Source: Nitrososphaeraceae archaeon
GTDB taxonomy: Archaea; Thermoproteota; Nitrososphaeria; Nitrososphaerales; Nitrososphaeraceae
Reading direction: 5' to 3'
NCBI GenBank assembly: GCA_035250975.1
Contig: DATFEP010000067.1
Span: forward strand, 32,001 to 96,000
DNA: 64,000 bases
The translations under genes were made by a program, and so were the position numbers. Shown in pieces: positions 61,209 to 64,000 of the stretch. Under the pieces are notes generated by a model that was given only the letters and a program-made list of their open reading frames with translations, had not been told where the DNA came from and searched no databases. Numbering within the stretch: the first letter of the stretch is position 1; each line of letters begins with the position of its first letter.

Positions 61209-62258
61209 TTATTTATTGTTAAGCACACTTGCCATTTTTTTTGCGTGATAAGTTATTATTATATCTGCACCTGCTCTCTTTATTGAGGTAAGAAACTCGG
61301 TCATCACATCAATTTCATTTATCCATCCTTGTTCAGAGGCTGCTTTAATTAAAGCATATTCACCGGAAACACTGAAGGCACAAAGTGGAAGTTTAAAGGA
61401 TTTCCTTGCTTGATATATAAGGTCTAGATACGGAATCGCAGGCTTAACCATGATCATATCTGCACCTTCATTTATGTCCATTTCAATCTCCCTTATTGCT
61501 TCCTTTGGATTTGTGAACGGCATTTGATAGGTCTTTCTATCTCCAAATTCGGGATATGAATCTGCCAAGTCACGGAATGGGGTATATAAAGGAGATGCAA
61601 GTTTTGCAGAATAAGCAAGAATTGAAGTGTCAAAATATCCTTTTTCATCTAGTTCATGTCTGATGGCAGATACTTGTCCATCCATCATTGAAGAAGGTGC
61701 CACAATATCTGTGCCTGCTGCTGCGTGACTCTCAGCAATTTTTGAGAGAGCAACGTTAGTTGGATCGTTATCAATTTTTTTGTTTTTTATTATACCACAA
61801 TGTCCTTTTGGAGTATATTGGCACATGCATACGTCAGATATTACGACTACTTTTTCACCAAAGTTACTGCGTATATTTTTGATTGTCTTTTGAATAATTC
61901 CTTTTTCACTAGATGCTGCGTTTGCCTTATCATCTTTATCAGATTCAATTCCAAACAAGATTACGGAATTTATCCCCAACTTCAAAATTGAATCAACTTC
62001 ATCAGTGATTTTAGATAAAGGCAATCGCTTAACATCTTGCATAGAAGATATATTTTTTGGTTCCTTTAATCCAGATTGTACAAAAACTGGACAAATAAAA
62101 TCCTTAACAGAAAGTCTTGTTTCCTGCAACAGTTCTCGTATGGCTTTGTTTTTTCTCAACCTCCTCAGGCGTACAAAAGGATATCCAGATCCTCCTAATA
62201 GCCCATAATTTGAATTAATTTGTGCTCTCATTATCGTAATTAAATAATTTAGCAGCAA
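61209..62258 (-). CDS. hemB: porphobilinogen synthase (canonical, in operon)
   Basis: RLRRLR, DVCMCQY...GHCG, YSAK...YTPFRD, GDRKTYQ, MVKP. Confidence 0.96.
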   Translation of the reverse strand: MLLNYLITIMRAQINSNYGLLGGSGYPFVRLRRLRKNKAIRELLQETRLSVKDFICPVFVQSGLKEPKNISSMQDVKRLPLSKITDEVDSILKLGINSVILFGIESDKDDKANAASSEKGIIQKTIKNIRSNFGEKVVVISDVCMCQYTPKGHCGIIKNKKIDNDPTNVALSKIAESHAAAGTDIVAPSSMMDGQVSAIRHELDEKGYFDTSILAYSAKLASPLYTPFRDLADSYPEFGDRKTYQMPFTNPKEAIREIEMDINEGADMIMVKPAIPYLDLIYQARKSFKLPLCAFSVSGEYALIKAASEQGWINEIDVMTEFLTSIKRAGADIIITYHAKKMASVLNNK

Positions 62259-63528
62259 TTTTCATAATTTCCTGTTCATCACTTGTATCGCTTTGGATAT
62301 ATCTACGTAGATTATTCATAGGAGTAGAAATAATTCCTTCCAATAAAGCATGAGAAAATTGTTCAATTATCTTCATTTCTTGAGGACTCATATTCTTTCC
62401 TAGAATTGATAAGGCCTTTTTCAACTCTCTTTCCCGGATCTTATCTACATTGCGAAAAACAGATATTACAACTGGATCAGCTTTCTTTCTCTTCAACAAT
62501 ATATCAATATTCTTCATTTCACCCTCAATAATATCCTCAGCTGATTCAATTTCCTTCCGTCTAAACTGAATATTTCTCTTCACTATATCTCCAATTTCAT
62601 CCATATTAAATAAATTAATATTTTCGATAGATGAACAAGTTTCCTCAACAGTTCTTGGATTTGATAGATCAAAAATTAAGAGTGATTTTGATCTAGAACT
62701 TGCTGCTCTCTTGATTCTATCATAAGTTAACAAATAATAAGGAGCTACGGTGCTGACAAAGATAATATCCATTTCTCCTAATGATTCAAGAGCTTTTTCA
62801 AAAAATATCGGACTTCCTCCCATTGATTGCGCGAAAGACTTTGCTCTTTCAAAAGTTCTACTGGTATTCATAAAAAAGATATTTCGCTTTTTAAGGGTCT
62901 TTGCAACCAGACCTGCCCCTTCACCCGAACCGATTAACAAAATGTTTTTGTTGTCTAACGTTCCAAGTTTTTCTTCTGCGAGATTAACTGCCATAGATCC
63001 AACAGAAACACTACCTTTATTGATCCCAGTAAGATATCTTACCTTACTGCCAACTCTTATTGATTTTTCAAAAACAAGAGATAGAACATCTTTTGTAAAG
63101 TTATTTGATCTAGAAAATTCATACGATTTTTTGACCTGACCTAGAATCTGATCTTCTCCTAAAACTAATGAATCTAATCCTGATACTAACTTAAATAGAT
63201 GTCTGACCACATCTTCTCCATTTTCCACAACTATCATTTCAGAAAACGTTTCTACTGATAATCCACAATGCTGTGCCCAGAATTTTATAATGTTTTCTGT
63301 GTCTATGGTATTATTACATATTCCAAAGATTTCCACCCTATTACAAGTCTGTAATATTAGACATTCTCTTAGATTGAAATTTTCTAGTAAAAATGTATGG
63401 GCACCTTCGATGTCTTTAAAAGAAAATTTTTCGAGTAAATGAATAGGTGCTTTTTTATAGGTAACGCGAAAATTTATTATTTCAATGAATTCACTTACTA
63501 ACGTCATTATTTTCCAGACACGCCCCAC
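62215..63528 (-). CDS. hemA: glutamyl-tRNA reductase
   Basis: QTCNRVE, SGLDSLVLGEDQILGQVK, DLSNPR. Confidence 0.96.
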   Translation of the reverse strand: MGRVWKIMTLVSEFIEIINFRVTYKKAPIHLLEKFSFKDIEGAHTFLLENFNLRECLILQTCNRVEIFGICNNTIDTENIIKFWAQHCGLSVETFSEMIVVENGEDVVRHLFKLVSGLDSLVLGEDQILGQVKKSYEFSRSNNFTKDVLSLVFEKSIRVGSKVRYLTGINKGSVSVGSMAVNLAEEKLGTLDNKNILLIGSGEGAGLVAKTLKKRNIFFMNTSRTFERAKSFAQSMGGSPIFFEKALESLGEMDIIFVSTVAPYYLLTYDRIKRAASSRSKSLLIFDLSNPRTVEETCSSIENINLFNMDEIGDIVKRNIQFRRKEIESAEDIIEGEMKNIDILLKRKKADPVVISVFRNVDKIRERELKKALSILGKNMSPQEMKIIEQFSHALLEGIISTPMNNLRRYIQSDTSDEQEIMKIAAKLFNYDNESTN

Positions 63529-64000
63529 TTGTTCAACAATTTGAGAGTAAGAGTTTTGGCTTCTTCCATCCTACTGTCTTTAATTAATGTTTGAATATTC
63601 TCATCTCTAATTAAAGAATACAAGAATTTCTTTCTTTCCGATACAGTGTTGATAATAGGCCTTGCTTGTATTCTTGCGAATTCCTGTAATTTTGTATTGT
63701 CAATATCTGCCTTCGTAATTATTCTTCTTAAAATACGTTCTGCTTTTATTCTTAATCTCCTGGCCATAATAGGACTTTTACCGTAGGTTGAAATTGCCAC
63801 TTGCATAATGCCTTCAATATTTATTACTGAAGCATAGGAAAAGTCGCTAACATCGGGATCATCAGCAGCGTATACAAAAGATCTAGACAATCTACCTTTC
63901 TCAACGATTTTTCTGTTCAGGTCCCTATCATCGGTTGCAGCCAAAACAAGAAAAACGTCTTTGAAATTATCTAAAACATTGGTGTCGGTAATCTTTTGTT
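63507..64000 (-). CDS. precorrin-2 dehydrogenase / sirohydrochlorin ferrochelatase (SirC/CysG N-terminal type), 5' partial
   Basis: AATDD..LN, ADDP..SDF, VAIST.GKSP; heads the hem operon. Confidence 0.88.
   Translation of the reverse strand, partial: QKITDTNVLDNFKDVFLVLAATDDRDLNRKIVEKGRLSRSFVYAADDPDVSDFSYASVINIEGIMQVAISTYGKSPIMARRLRIKAERILRRIITKADIDNTKLQEFARIQARPIINTVSERKKFLYSLIRDENIQTLIKDSRMEEAKTLTLKLLNKWGVSGK

Noticed and set aside
3715-63139. Many antisense or nested ORFs (e.g. 3715, 11536, 26232, 32781, 37287, 47193, 62750)
   Set aside because: They are shadows of well-supported genes, with no motifs of their own.
1-64000. CRISPR array or long tandem repeats
   Set aside because: No regularly spaced repeats were seen in any intergenic region by eye.

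Overview
AT-rich archaeal core-genome window, most likely from a soil ammonia-oxidising archaeon (Nitrososphaeraceae, Nitrosocosmicus-like). The assignment rests on the type IB topoisomerase, cofG/cofH, archaeal ribosomal proteins, a membrane-anchored cupredoxin and many thaumarchaeal-type hypotheticals. It is mostly housekeeping: translation (SRP54, ProRS, AspRS, EF1B, Pth2, S24e/S27ae/L10e), trpG/trpD, GAPDH and PGK, Suf Fe-S assembly, and a full sirC-hemA-hemB-hemL-hemC-cobA-hemD operon. I found no CRISPR array, intact transposase or integrase. The most interesting signals are outside the ORF track. There are four tRNAs; tRNA-Tyr has two introns, one non-canonical in the T-loop. Two tRNAs carry C instead of the near-universal U at position 54, and the window also holds a degenerate Pus10. 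There are two box C/D guide RNAs, one abutting tRNA-Glu with a guide complementary to that tRNA's D-loop. A splicing-endonuclease subunit is split at an A11 run. Also notable are an uncharacterised winged-helix/coiled-coil plus P-loop ATPase operon, a divergent second HemB and a bacterial-type PGK. All calls are by eye from motifs; no searches were run.
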